Positions 22,270-31,941 of a stretch of 64,000 bases of DNA are shown piece after piece; the stretch's first letter is position 1; every line of letters begins with the position of its first letter. A program made the position numbers and the translations under genes. This DNA comes from an uncultured Acidobacteriota bacterium (GTDB taxonomy: Bacteria > Acidobacteriota > Thermoanaerobaculia > Multivoradales > UBA5704), in the NCBI GenBank assembly GCA_963770895.1, contig CAVYRF010000001.1:1696001-1760000 (forward strand), given 5' to 3'. Below the pieces are notes generated by a model. That model saw nothing but the letters and a program-made list of their open reading frames with translations, had not been told where the DNA came from and made no database searches.

Positions 22270-22926
22270 TTAGAAGCGGGTGAGGTCGGCGGCTTCGAGG
22301 ATGGGTTTGGGGGCGCCTTGGCGGGCGACGGTGAGCATGGCGCGGCCGAGCTGTTCGGTGGTGGTGACGTGGCGCGGGGCGGCGGCTTGCAGCAGGCCGA
22401 GGATTGGGTACAGCAGGGTGTAGAAGATGCGGTAGGCCGGGGTCCTGGAGCGGGCGCCGTGAAGGGGGCGGATGAAGCCGGGGCGGAACATGCAGGCCTT
22501 GAGGGGCAGGCGCTGCAGGTCGTTTTCGGTCTTGCCCTTGACGCGCGCCCACATGACCCTGCCGTGTTCGGTGCTGTCGGTGCCGGCACCCGACACGTAG
22601 ATGAAGGTCATGCCGGGGTTGAGCCTGGCAAGGACGCGCGCGGCGGCCAGGGTGATGTCGTAGGTGACCTTGCGATACGCCTCTTCCGACAGGCCGGCTG
22701 CCGAGACGCCGAGGCAGAAAAAGCAGGCGTCCTGGTGTGCCAGGTCGGCTTCGACCTGCGAGTAGTCGGTCAGATCGGCAAGCTGGCGCTGGCGCAGCTT
22801 CGGGTGCTGCTGGTCGCTGGCGGTGCGGCCCACGGTGAGCACGCTCCGCACCTGGGAATCGAGCAGGCATTCGCGCAGGACCCCCTGTCCCACCATGCCG
22901 CTGGCGCCGAAGAGGACGACCCTCAT
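22270..22926 (-). CDS. NAD(P)-binding epimerase-like protein
   Basis: MRVVLFGASGMVG, FFCLG, WARVKGKTE, FRPG; only the 3' part of the 956-aa track ORF is real. Confidence 0.9.
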   Translation of the reverse strand: MRVVLFGASGMVGQGVLRECLLDSQVRSVLTVGRTASDQQHPKLRQRQLADLTDYSQVEADLAHQDACFFCLGVSAAGLSEEAYRKVTYDITLAAARVLARLNPGMTFIYVSGAGTDSTEHGRVMWARVKGKTENDLQRLPLKACMFRPGFIRPLHGARSRTPAYRIFYTLLYPILGLLQAAAPRHVTTTEQLGRAMLTVARQGAPKPILEAADLTRF

Positions 22927-23022
22927 GGGATCCTCCGCCGCCGGTACGGATAAGATGTGGCCGCGGAAAGCGGTCTGCGGCGCTGCGGGGTACGGCGCCT
23001 GCTGCAGAGGGGGGAATGCGTC

Positions 23023-23397
23023 ATGTCCATGATCTCCGGTGCCCACTTCATTGTACCGAGTCGCGACGTCGAAGCGGACAGAGCGTTTTTTCGCGACGTT
23101 TTGGGCTTTGTGAGCGTCGACGCCGGACACGGCTGGCTGATCTTCGCGCTGCCGCCCGCCGAAGCCGCCTTCCATCCCGCGGCGGCCGACGGCCGCGACC
23201 TCGACCGCGCCTGCCTGTATCTGATGTGCGACGACCTCGCGGCGGTGATCGCCAAGCTGCAAGAGTATGGCGTTGCCTGCGAAGCGGTGACCCAGGAGCG
23301 CTGGGGGAGCGTCACCAACATCGTTCTGCCCAGCGGCGCCAGGCTCGGTCTCTACCAGCCGCGGCATCCCACCGCCCTCGACCTGAACCGGCCCTGA
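23023..23397 (+). CDS. VOC/glyoxalase family protein
   Basis: GAHF..SRDVEADRAFFRDVLG, WLIFALPPAE, LYLMCDD, LYQPRH. Confidence 0.88.
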   Translation: MSMISGAHFIVPSRDVEADRAFFRDVLGFVSVDAGHGWLIFALPPAEAAFHPAAADGRDLDRACLYLMCDDLAAVIAKLQEYGVACEAVTQERWGSVTNIVLPSGARLGLYQPRHPTALDLNRP

Positions 23398-23406
23398 GCG
23401 ATCCGC

Positions 23407-23604
23407 ACGCTGCCATGCATCCTGACGCTGCCATGTATCCTGATGGCCTGTCCTGGAGAATTCGAAAAACGCCTGGCTTGCCCTCGCGGGCGGGGGCTGC
23501 GTTGCGCCCTGCCGGGAGTGCCGGGCCAGGCGACAGCCCCGGCCGCCCTGCCGGGAGTGCCGGGCCAGGCGACAGCCCCGGCCGCCTTGGCGGGAGTGCC
23601 GGGC
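23407..23604. repeat. Repeat patch: 2x18-bp tandem, truncated MITE end, ~2.5x39-bp tandem
   Basis: ACGCTGCCATGYATCCTG x2 (23407-23442); TGGCCTGTCCTGGAGAATTCGAAA at 23444 equals the TIR of the 30138 element; GCCCTGCCGGGAGTGCCGGGCCAGGCGACAGCCCCGGCC from 23506. Confidence 0.75.
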
Positions 23605-23670
23605 GGCACGTAGCCGGGTACGGCGCTGTTGGCCGCCGGCCGGCCCGCGGCGAGCGGGGAAGAGGCGCCC

Positions 23671-24453
23671 TTGGAGATTCGTGAGTTCGCGCTGGGAGTG
23701 CTGCTGGCGGAGGACCTTGAGGTCAAGCTGGCGAGCCGTGCCGGCGAGCTGACGGACGCGGCGCCGGGGCCGGCCTGGCGGGCGGCCGGGCCGGGGCGGC
23801 CGGCGGAGCTGCGGATGGTTGCGGGGCGGCGCGCCAAGGCGCCGGGCATCCAGGGGATGGCGGACGCGGCGCAGCGGCCCCGCATCCTGCATGCGCTGGC
23901 CAGCCACGAACTGCAGGCGGCCGAGCTGTTCGCGTGGGCGCTGCTGGCGTTCCCGCAGGCGCCGGGCGAGTTCCGGCGCGGACTGCTGGCGATCCTCGAC
24001 GACGAGCAGCGCCATACGCGGATGTACCTGGCGCGGCTCGCGGCGCAGGGCGCTCGCTTCGGCGACTTTCCGGTCAACGGCTATTTCTGGAAGAAGGTGC
24101 CGGCGATCACCTCGCCGCTGCGTTTCCTGTGCGCCATGTCGCTGACGTTCGAAAACGCCAACCTGGATCACACGGTCGAGTACGCCGCGGCGGCGCGCCG
24201 CGCGGGCGACGAAAAGACCGCGGCGGTGATCGATCGCGTGCACCGCGACGAGATCGAGCACGTGCGTTTCGGCTGGACCTGGCTGCTGCGCTTCAAGGCC
24301 GATCGGCAGTCGCCGTGGGACGCCTTCGCCGCCAACCTCGACTTTCCGCTGCGCCCGGCGCGCGCCCGCGGCAAAGTCTTCCACCGCCGCGGCCGGGAAG
24401 CCGCCGGTCTGGATCGCGACTTCATCGAGCGCCTGGAAGCCAGCCGCCCATGA
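23671..24453 (+). CDS. DUF455-type ferritin-like di-iron protein
   Basis: LHALASHELQA, DEQRH, FENANLD, DEIEHV (paired ExxH); TTG start inferred. Confidence 0.8.
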   Translation: MEIREFALGVLLAEDLEVKLASRAGELTDAAPGPAWRAAGPGRPAELRMVAGRRAKAPGIQGMADAAQRPRILHALASHELQAAELFAWALLAFPQAPGEFRRGLLAILDDEQRHTRMYLARLAAQGARFGDFPVNGYFWKKVPAITSPLRFLCAMSLTFENANLDHTVEYAAAARRAGDEKTAAVIDRVHRDEIEHVRFGWTWLLRFKADRQSPWDAFAANLDFPLRPARARGKVFHRRGREAAGLDRDFIERLEASRP

Positions 24454-26147
24454 CGCCCGGCGGGGAGCCGCCGCGCCTCCTGCTCGGCAACCTGGACTGC
24501 GAAGACGACCTGGCGCAGCAGCATGCCGCCACGCCCGGCGCCCGCCCGCCGCGCCGCCATCCCTGGACCCGCCGCGCCCTCGCCAGGGCCGCCGGCGCCG
24601 CCACCCTCCTGCGCGTCTTCGCCGCGCCCGGCGACCGCTTGTGGCTCCTCGCCCCGATCGAGCCGGACTGCCTTGCCGACGTGCCGGGCCTGGCGCGCCC
24701 GCAGCTCCTGTGCGGCCCCTTGCCGGCGCAGGAACCCGCCGCCTGCGTTCTCGCCTGGTGCGAAACGCGGCCCGTCGCCGCGCTGCGCGCCGGCGGCGAT
24801 CTGCCGGTCGCCATCGATCGATCGGACTCCGCTTCCGCGCCGGACGATGAGAATGGAGTGGGAGCTGGCAGCGCCGCCGGGTGCGAAACACGGACCACGG
24901 CCGCGCTGCGCGCCGGCGGCGAGCTGCTGGTCGCCGTCGATTCGCCGGCGTGTCATGCCGCGGCGGCGAAGGCGGTCGGGGAGGCTGGGCTGCCGATGTG
25001 CTTGGATGCAGGGGTGAGCGCTGCCCGCGCGGCCGGTGCCGCGGCGCGCGGGCTGGTGACGCCGGATTCAGCTTTGCTGGTGCGGCCGTCAGCGACGGCA
25101 GCCCAGCCGGCCGGGCGGGCACGTGATGCGTCGCGCACACTTGCAGCAGACCCGCCGGCCGGCTTGCCGCTTTGCGAGATCGTGTGGCGGCTGCCGGCGG
25201 CGCCCGCGGCGGTGGTGGCTGCCGTCAACCATCGATCCTTTTGCCTTGCGGTGCAGCGGCAGGTCGGCTGCGCGCTATCGGGCGCCTGCATGGTGGGCTC
25301 GATGGCGGAGCTGGAGGCGCATCTTGGCGCTGGTAGCCAGGGGGGCTGGGCGGTTGGAGGTTACGGCGGCGGGGACGAGGGCGATCGCGGCGGCTGGGGG
25401 GACGGTGATTGTAGCGATTGGGTGGTGAAAGCGCCGCTGTCCGCGGCGGGCCGCGCGCGTGTGATCGTGCGCCGGGCGCAGGAGCCCGGCGGCCTGCGGC
25501 GGCCGGAGGTGCGGCGCAGCGTCGAACGTCTCTTTGCGCGGCACGGCGCGCTGCTGTTCGAGCCGTGGCTGGCGCGCTGCGCCGACTTTGGCGCCGCCGG
25601 CCTGCTGATGGCGACGGGGGTGCGCTGGGTGGGCTTCCACCGCCAGCAGGTCGACGCGCGCGGCCGATTTGCCGGCATCGACGTCCGCGTCGCCGGCGAC
25701 CGGGACGTTGCCGGCCGCGATCCGGCCGACGCCCTGCCCGGCTCTGATGCCGACCTTTCGAGCGGCGACATGGCACGCTGGCGCATGGTCCTGGACGCCG
25801 CCGCCGGCGCCCTGCATCGCGCCGGCTACCGCGGGCCGTTCGGCATCGATGCCTGGCAGTACCAGGATGCCGCGGGCGCCCGCCATCTCCACCCCCTGGG
25901 TGAGATCAACGCCCGCGCCACGTTCGGCCTGGTCGCCCACGCCCTGGTCGAGCGCCTGCGCCAGCCCCTGCGCCTGGCCGACGGAGATCGCCTCCGCCTC
26001 ATCCTGGGTGACGCCCCGCCAGGCGCCACCCCCACCGCCGCCGCCGCTGGCTCCGGCGCCGGCGCCGTCCAGGTCGTGCCTCTGCTGCACGCCGCCGGCC
26101 CGTCCGGACCGGCCGCCTGGCTGGAGATCGCGCGCTGCCATCAGTGA
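24450..26147 (+). CDS. Hypothetical protein with ATP-grasp-like C-terminal domain
   Basis: ATGA-coupled to the DUF455 gene; WVVKAPLSAAGR, LLFEPWL, GPFGIDA, EINAR. Confidence 0.7.
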   Translation: MTPGGEPPRLLLGNLDCEDDLAQQHAATPGARPPRRHPWTRRALARAAGAATLLRVFAAPGDRLWLLAPIEPDCLADVPGLARPQLLCGPLPAQEPAACVLAWCETRPVAALRAGGDLPVAIDRSDSASAPDDENGVGAGSAAGCETRTTAALRAGGELLVAVDSPACHAAAAKAVGEAGLPMCLDAGVSAARAAGAAARGLVTPDSALLVRPSATAAQPAGRARDASRTLAADPPAGLPLCEIVWRLPAAPAAVVAAVNHRSFCLAVQRQVGCALSGACMVGSMAELEAHLGAGSQGGWAVGGYGGGDEGDRGGWGDGDCSDWVVKAPLSAAGRARVIVRRAQEPGGLRRPEVRRSVERLFARHGALLFEPWLARCADFGAAGLLMATGVRWVGFHRQQVDARGRFAGIDVRVAGDRDVAGRDPADALPGSDADLSSGDMARWRMVLDAAAGALHRAGYRGPFGIDAWQYQDAAGARHLHPLGEINARATFGLVAHALVERLRQPLRLADGDRLRLILGDAPPGATPTAAAAGSGAGAVQVVPLLHAAGPSGPAAWLEIARCHQ

Positions 26148-26224
26148 GCCGGCGCCGGCATCAGTAAGCCTGCGCCGCCGGCCGTAAGCCTGCGCCGCCG
26201 GCGGTGCGCCTGCCGCGGCGGCGT

Positions 26225-26737
26225 TCAGGCCTGGGCGTCCGCCGAGGGTCCGTAGATGGCGGGGACGGGGGCGTCGTTGAGGCGCAGGTAGACGGTGAGC
26301 TGGCCGCGGTGGTGGGCAAGGTGGCCGAAGAGGCCGTCGGCGATGGCGACGTGGCGGATCTGTTCGCTGACCACGTGGCCGCCGTAGAGCATGCGCCAGG
26401 GCTGCATCAGGCGCTCGTCGGTGGTGTTTTGCAGCGCGCGGCGGGCCAGGGCCGCGGAGTCGTCGAGCAGGCGGACCAGGGCTTCGCTGGAGGGCTGGGC
26501 GGTGGGGGTAAACGGCGATTGGCCGCCGCCCGGCGGCTTGATGTCGTGCTGGTCGTGCTCGACCATCATGGAGACCCAGGCAGGCATGATGGCGACCAGG
26601 GCGGCCAGGTAGCCGAGCTGCATGGACCTGGGGTGCGGGCGCCAGTCGTTGCGGCCTGCGGGTACCTGGATCAGCGCGCGGCGAGTCGGGGGGACCTCCC
26701 GCTCCAGCTGGGCGAGAAAGAATTCGGTCATCTTCAT
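26225..26737 (-). CDS. DinB/YfiT family protein
   Basis: E...TRR.L..VP...WRPHPRSMQLG; HLAHHRGQLTVYLRL..VPAIYGPSAD. Confidence 0.92.
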   Translation of the reverse strand: MKMTEFFLAQLEREVPPTRRALIQVPAGRNDWRPHPRSMQLGYLAALVAIMPAWVSMMVEHDQHDIKPPGGGQSPFTPTAQPSSEALVRLLDDSAALARRALQNTTDERLMQPWRMLYGGHVVSEQIRHVAIADGLFGHLAHHRGQLTVYLRLNDAPVPAIYGPSADAQA

Positions 26738-26804
26738 GGCGTCTCCTTGCGTCGGCCTGGGCGTGGGGCTCGCTTGCCCCAGCGGGAGGAGAATAGCCGC
26801 CTAT

Positions 26805-26825
26805 ATATGACATCTTGTGGCATGA
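26805..26825. promoter_or_regulatory. Putative WYL (YafY/DriD-type) operator
   Basis: ATATGAC-N7-GGCATGA imperfect palindrome between the divergent DinB and WYL genes. Confidence 0.5.
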
Positions 26826-26846
26826 TTCGCATGCGAGATTGGCGAC

Positions 26847-27833
26847 ATGCGGGCCGACCGGCTGCTTTCGGCGTTGTTGCTGCTGCAGGCCCATGGGCGC
26901 CTGAGCGGGCGCCAGCTCGCGGCGCGCCTGGAGGTGTCGCAGCGCACGGTGCACCGCGACATGGAAGCCCTGGGCGCCGCCGGCGTGCCGGTCTATGCCC
27001 TGCGCGGGGCGCGCGGCGGTTGGCAGCTGGAGGAGGGTTGGCGGACGCGGGTGCCAGGGCTCGACGAAGCCGAGCTGCGCGGGCTGTTGATGGCGCAGCC
27101 GCGCCTGGCGGGCGACCCGCGGCTGATTGCCGCCGCCGAAAGCGCGCTCGGCAAGTTGATGGCGGCGCTGCCGGCGACGATGCGCGACAAGGCGGCGTCG
27201 ATCCGCCAGCGGCTGCACGTGGACCCCACCGGCTGGCAGGGCATGACCGAGGACCTGTCGATGCTTCCGATCGTCCAGGACGCGGTGGCGCGGGACCGCA
27301 AGCTGGCGTTCCGCTACCCGCGCTCCGGCGGCGGCCGCGGCGAACGCACGGTCGATCCTCTCGGCCTGGTGGCAAAGGGTTTCGCGTGGTACCTGGTGGC
27401 GCACACGGCCGCCGGCATGCGCACGTTCCGGGTGTCTCGCATGGCGCAGGTGCGCCTCCTGGATGCGGCCGCCGATCGCCCCGCCGGCTTCGACCTGGCT
27501 TCCCATTGGCAGTCATCGGTGGCGCAGCTGGAGCAGGGACAGCCCCACTATTGCGCCACGTTCCGGCTGGCGCCGGACGCCGCCAGGACGATCGGCGGGT
27601 GGCGCACCGCCACCCGCGTGGCAGCCACGGATCACGACGGATGGGCCACCTTCGAAGTGTCGTTTGCCAACGCCGACGAAGCCTGCTTCGTCGCCCTCGG
27701 CCTGGGCACGCGGGTCGACATCGTGGCGCCCGCGGCGTTGCGCGCGCAGGTGATCGCCGAAGGCACTGCGGCCCTGGCGCGGCACCAGCGTCCGGCGGTG
27801 GCCGGCCCCGCCGCGGCACGGCGCCAGGTTTAG
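26847..27833 (+). CDS. YafY-like HTH-WYL transcriptional regulator
   Basis: MRADRLLS, LEVSQRTVHRD, DPLGLV, WYLVA, RTFRVSR. Confidence 0.95.
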   Translation: MRADRLLSALLLLQAHGRLSGRQLAARLEVSQRTVHRDMEALGAAGVPVYALRGARGGWQLEEGWRTRVPGLDEAELRGLLMAQPRLAGDPRLIAAAESALGKLMAALPATMRDKAASIRQRLHVDPTGWQGMTEDLSMLPIVQDAVARDRKLAFRYPRSGGGRGERTVDPLGLVAKGFAWYLVAHTAAGMRTFRVSRMAQVRLLDAAADRPAGFDLASHWQSSVAQLEQGQPHYCATFRLAPDAARTIGGWRTATRVAATDHDGWATFEVSFANADEACFVALGLGTRVDIVAPAALRAQVIAEGTAALARHQRPAVAGPAAARRQV

Positions 27834-27941
27834 CGGCGAAAGAAAAACGAACACGGGGCGACGGTGCGCCCAGGACCATCCCGGCGCCCGCACGCTACAT
27901 TGCGCCAGATCCTGCAACGGACGACCAGGGAGAACGACACC

Positions 27942-28517
27942 ATGACGACCACGCCACTACGCAGAGGAACCTCAAGGGTGGGGGCGGCCGTCGCCGCCGC
28001 CTGTGCCGTGCTGGGCTGGCTTACCGTGGACGCGACCGCGGCGCTTGCCCAGGCTGCATCGTGCCAGCCGGTGTTCGCAGCGGCAGCCAGGCAGGTCGCC
28101 CTGCCGCTGCACATGTACATGACGCAGACCGGCGGCGCCACGCCCGGCAAGACGATCCGCTCCGAGACCATCCATGCCGGCGGTGCGATCTACGTTCAGG
28201 TCAACGGCACCTGGAGCCGCAGCCACATGACCGTCCAGGAGTTGCAGCAGCAGGAAGCGGAGAACCAGCGCAACGCCAAGGGGACGACCTGCCGGTACCT
28301 GCGCGACGAGGCGGTGAACGGCCAGGCGGCCGCGGTGTATAGCGAGCGCACCGCGGATGCCGATTCCAAGACCGACGCCACCGTCTGGATCTCGAAGAGC
28401 CAGGGCGTGCCGCTGCGCGTTGACATGGACATGGACGTCGGCGGGCCGGGCGGCAAGAGCCATTACACGACGCGCTACGAGTATGGCGCCGTACAGCCGC
28501 CGCCCGGCGTCCGCTGA
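27942..28517 (+). CDS. Secreted hypothetical protein (possibly LolA/LppX-like fold)
   Basis: GGAG RBS, signal peptide, VWISKSQGVPLR. Confidence 0.7.
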   Translation: MTTTPLRRGTSRVGAAVAAACAVLGWLTVDATAALAQAASCQPVFAAAARQVALPLHMYMTQTGGATPGKTIRSETIHAGGAIYVQVNGTWSRSHMTVQELQQQEAENQRNAKGTTCRYLRDEAVNGQAAAVYSERTADADSKTDATVWISKSQGVPLRVDMDMDVGGPGGKSHYTTRYEYGAVQPPPGVR

Positions 28518-28559
28518 TCCTCGACGCCACGGCGACCGCGGACAGCGCGGCGGGGCCGG

Positions 28560-30137
28560 CTACCGCAGGTAGCCGAGCGACCGCAGCTCTTCGATGACCT
28601 TGGCGTCGGCGCCGGACTTGCGCGCCGCGCCGGGGTGCGCGGGGCCCCAGGTGCGGATGGTGCGCAGGGGGTGGCGCTGGCGGAACTCGGGCCGGTAGAG
28701 CTGGGTCCAGGCGCGGCCGACAAAGTTTTCTGCCACCGGCAGGCCGAGCCCGTACAGGACGGTCGGCGTGATGTCGTGGACGCTGATGCCCTTGACGTCG
28801 GCGCCCGGCGCCAGGTTGGGCCCGGCGGCGATCAGGATGCCGTCGTTGCTCGAATCGTGGGTGCCGGACAGCTCGCTGACGTCGGTCACGACGTCGGCGA
28901 CCTGCTTGCCGTCGACCAGCACGCGGGTGGTGGTGCCGACCGACGACAGCAGCGCCACGAAGTCGCCGCCGGCCTGCTGCTCGCGGCCGCGCACGTCGCG
29001 CACGATGAAGACCGGCTCGCCGCCGGCGAAGGTCACCCGCCGCAGGTCGGCTTCGAAGCGGGTGCGGGCGGCGTCGCACTGCTCCTGCGTCAGGGTGCCG
29101 CCCGGCTCGCGGCCGGCGAGCGCGCAGCGCACCAGCTTCTTGCGCTGATAGGTCGGGCTGGCGTAGGTGTACAGCTGGGTGCGGCGCATGGCGACGCCCG
29201 CGGCGTTGCGCTTCTGGTAGCCCAACCGCACCAGCAGCGCATCCAGGTCGGAGTCGGTGTGCAGCTCGGTGGTGCGGGCGGCGCGAAAGCCGTGGTCGGA
29301 GATGACCAGCACGTCGAGCGGCGTGCGCGCCGCGCTCAGCACCTCGCCGATCGCCGCGTCGATGGCGCGATAGATGCGCTGCACCGGGCTGTCGCCGTGC
29401 GGCGAGGGGCCGGGTTCGACCGCTTCGAATTCCTTCCAATGGTGATGGCTCACGATGTCGGCGCTGCGGAAGTAGAGCAGCACCAGGTCGGGGTCCTGGG
29501 CGACCAGGCGCCGCGCCGCGGCGGCCATCACCGCGTCGCGCAGCTCGGGTTCCTCGCTGGCCGCAAAGTAGGGCCGTGTGCGCGCCCAGCGCAGGTCCTC
29601 GGCCAGCTTGGGAAGGTAGGCTGCCGGGGAAACGCGGGAGTCGATGTCGAACAGGACGCGATCGGTGACCACGACGCCGTTGATGTCCTCGGCGGGCCAC
29701 GATCCCCACCAGCCCAGCACCGAGACGTGCCGGTGGGCGCTGGTGAGCATCGTCCAGAGCGCCGGCACGCGCCGGATCGTCGAGGAGATCGGCACGTTGC
29801 CGTGCTCGCTGGGCACGACGAAATCGGTGATGCCGTGCTCGGCGGGAGTGACGCCGGTGGCGATCGTCGTCCAGATCACCGGCGACGCGTTGTAGGCAGT
29901 GTGCAGCGTGGCGCTGGTGCCGCGCCCGGCAAGCCGCCGCAGGTTGGGCAGCTCGCCGTCCTGCCACATGGTCCGCACCACCCGCCACTCCGCGCCGTCG
30001 ATGCCGACGACGAGGATCGGCGCAACCTGGGCCGGGTTGTCGCGTCGCAACCACCAGGTGGTGATGCCTGCCGCGAGGACCCCGCAGACCAAAAGCACCA
30101 GCCAGAGCCGTCGCGCCGCGCGAGATGAGATGCGCAC
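28560..30137 (-). CDS. Membrane-anchored alkaline phosphatase superfamily phosphodiesterase
   Basis: VVGIDGA, SPVIWTTIATG, DIVSH, ISDHGF, DITPT, ELRSLGYL. Confidence 0.9.
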   Translation of the reverse strand: MRISSRAARRLWLVLLVCGVLAAGITTWWLRRDNPAQVAPILVVGIDGAEWRVVRTMWQDGELPNLRRLAGRGTSATLHTAYNASPVIWTTIATGVTPAEHGITDFVVPSEHGNVPISSTIRRVPALWTMLTSAHRHVSVLGWWGSWPAEDINGVVVTDRVLFDIDSRVSPAAYLPKLAEDLRWARTRPYFAASEEPELRDAVMAAAARRLVAQDPDLVLLYFRSADIVSHHHWKEFEAVEPGPSPHGDSPVQRIYRAIDAAIGEVLSAARTPLDVLVISDHGFRAARTTELHTDSDLDALLVRLGYQKRNAAGVAMRRTQLYTYASPTYQRKKLVRCALAGREPGGTLTQEQCDAARTRFEADLRRVTFAGGEPVFIVRDVRGREQQAGGDFVALLSSVGTTTRVLVDGKQVADVVTDVSELSGTHDSSNDGILIAAGPNLAPGADVKGISVHDITPTVLYGLGLPVAENFVGRAWTQLYRPEFRQRHPLRTIRTWGPAHPGAARKSGADAKVIEELRSLGYLR

Positions 30138-30302
30138 TAGTGGCCTGTCCTGTTCGAATCGAAAGCGCCTGGCTGGCCTGCAACGGCAGGTGCGGCGTTG
30201 CGCGTCCTCGACATAGTTCCGACTATGCCTGCGGACGCGCGCCTGGCCCCTGCCGTCGCAGTCTGCGCCATCCGCTTTCGAATTCTCCAGGACAGGCCAC
30301 TA
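30138..30302. mobile_element. 165-bp MITE-like element, copy 2 (opposite orientation, different TIR)
   Basis: CTAGTGGCCTGTCCTG (30137) / CAGGACAGGCCACTAG (ends 30303); reverse-complement core matches 7370-7426. Confidence 0.8.
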
Positions 30303-30549
30303 GCGGCCAAGTTTATCCCAGGCTGCAACCGAACGCGCCACGCCTCCCAAGCACCAGCCCGGGCGGGCTGCAGCAGCCCTGATCGATCGTCCAGCGTGCG
30401 CAATTTGGTGAAAAGTCCACCTTTTGTGGATACGGTATTCAGCGATAGCGGTAGCAAGGCGCAAGATGTGTGCCGCGGGGTGCCGGGAGACAGCCGGAAG
30501 CCGGTGGCTCGTGGGTGCCCGGAGACGGGCGCTTGGTAGAATCGTGAAA

Positions 30550-31191
30550 ATGCTGTCCGCTCTCGGCTATTGGATTGAAGACCTGTGGGACGAAAAGCTC
30601 CCGGCGCCGCAAGAGCTGGTTGCCCCGAAACCGCACGCAGACTCGGCCGCGCTGGTGAGCTATCTCGATGCCGGCGTGCCTTGCGAGCAGTATCGTGGAA
30701 AGTCCTGGTGTCGATTCGGATGTTACGGAGCGGACCTGGATATGGGCAGCCGCGACCTCATCGACGGGGTTTGGGTCTGGCCGCAAGGGCTCTCTCACTA
30801 CGTGTCGGTGCACGGCGTGATGCTCCCCGACCCATTCATCGCGCGAGCGCTCTCCGCAGCCCGCATCCAGGCTCCCCAGGTGAAACAAGAGCAAGACTTT
30901 GGGTTTTGGCATACCTGGTCCTCGGAGCACAGGTCGCCCCTTCTCCTGAAGCGCCTGCGGGAGGCGCGACAGGTTGCGGAGGTGCGTGTCGAAGAGGATT
31001 TGCGCCGACGCGCCCAGGCGATGGAGCAGGAAAAGGGCCTGGCGAAGGACCGTTGCCGCTGGCAAGGCTGCGTCCAACTCGCGATCGCCGGCGCCAACCT
31101 TTGCGCCTGGCACGCCCTCAAGCAGTGGCACAATCCTCGACTCGGCCCGGTGGGCCCGCTCTTCCTCGAAGCCCTCAGGGGCGCATTGTAG
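30550..31191 (+). CDS. Hypothetical protein with atypical codon usage
   Basis: LGYW, YLDAG..YRGKSWCRFGC, WVWPQGLSHYV..HGV.LP; more A/T-ending codons than its neighbours. Confidence 0.65.
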   Translation: MLSALGYWIEDLWDEKLPAPQELVAPKPHADSAALVSYLDAGVPCEQYRGKSWCRFGCYGADLDMGSRDLIDGVWVWPQGLSHYVSVHGVMLPDPFIARALSAARIQAPQVKQEQDFGFWHTWSSEHRSPLLLKRLREARQVAEVRVEEDLRRRAQAMEQEKGLAKDRCRWQGCVQLAIAGANLCAWHALKQWHNPRLGPVGPLFLEALRGAL

Positions 31192-31246
31192 GAGCGTCCC
31201 GCCGGCGTCCACCCGGACGCCGTACCAGGCCGGGCATCGGTTCAGC

Positions 31247-31735
31247 TCAGCGGCGCGGGGGTGCGTCAGCTGGGGTGTGGTCGGGGGCTGGGTTGGTGGG
31301 GGACGGGGAGGGGGCGGGTGCGACCAGGAAGTTGCCGATGGTGCCGTCTTCGCCGAAGGTCCATTCGAGCAGGACCGGGCTGCTGGTTTTGCTGAAGCTG
31401 GCGCGGCGGCGATAGATCGCGTAGCCAGGCCCGGCGGTGGAGGTTTCGGCGAGCACCGACTGTTCGGTTCCCAGCCTGTCCGTGAGGTCGTTGCGGAAGT
31501 GGGTCAGCAGGGCGGGGGAGGGGTAGCGGTTGCGCATCGCCGGACCGAAGCGAGCCCAAAGGCGGTGGAAGTCGCCGTCGTAGAACCACTGGGTGTAGAC
31601 GCGTCCGCGCTGGATCGGCGGCGGCACCCGCTGGGATGGCGCCGGCTGGCGCGCCACACCGGCGGACGCCAGACACGCTGCGAGGGCTGCGCCGGCGAAG
31701 ATCCGACGGACGATGGGGCGGCGCACGGTCTTCAC
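31247..31735 (-). CDS. Secreted DUF3887-like small protein
   Basis: Signal peptide; WFYDGDFHRLWARFGPAMR, EDGTIGNF. Confidence 0.6.
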   Translation of the reverse strand: MKTVRRPIVRRIFAGAALAACLASAGVARQPAPSQRVPPPIQRGRVYTQWFYDGDFHRLWARFGPAMRNRYPSPALLTHFRNDLTDRLGTEQSVLAETSTAGPGYAIYRRRASFSKTSSPVLLEWTFGEDGTIGNFLVAPAPSPSPTNPAPDHTPADAPPRR

Positions 31736-31941
31736 AGGCACGGAACCTCCATCGCCATGGTGACCGGCGGCATCAGGGTCGCGCACCGGAATCGGGGAGC
31801 GAAGCCGACGACCGTCATTTGCTTGATTGTACGCCAGGAGCTTTGCGAAAGGCCCGCGGCCGGCATCCTCCCCCTCCAACGGTCTTTCGACCGCAAGGAT
31901 GCCGGCCGCTTGCCGTCCAGCCCAAAAGGACGCTGCGCGGC

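Noticed and set aside
22927-25140. 5' extension of the 956-aa ORF 22270-25140
   Set aside because: It overlaps three real plus-strand genes. Only the part from ATG 22926 has a Rossmann motif.
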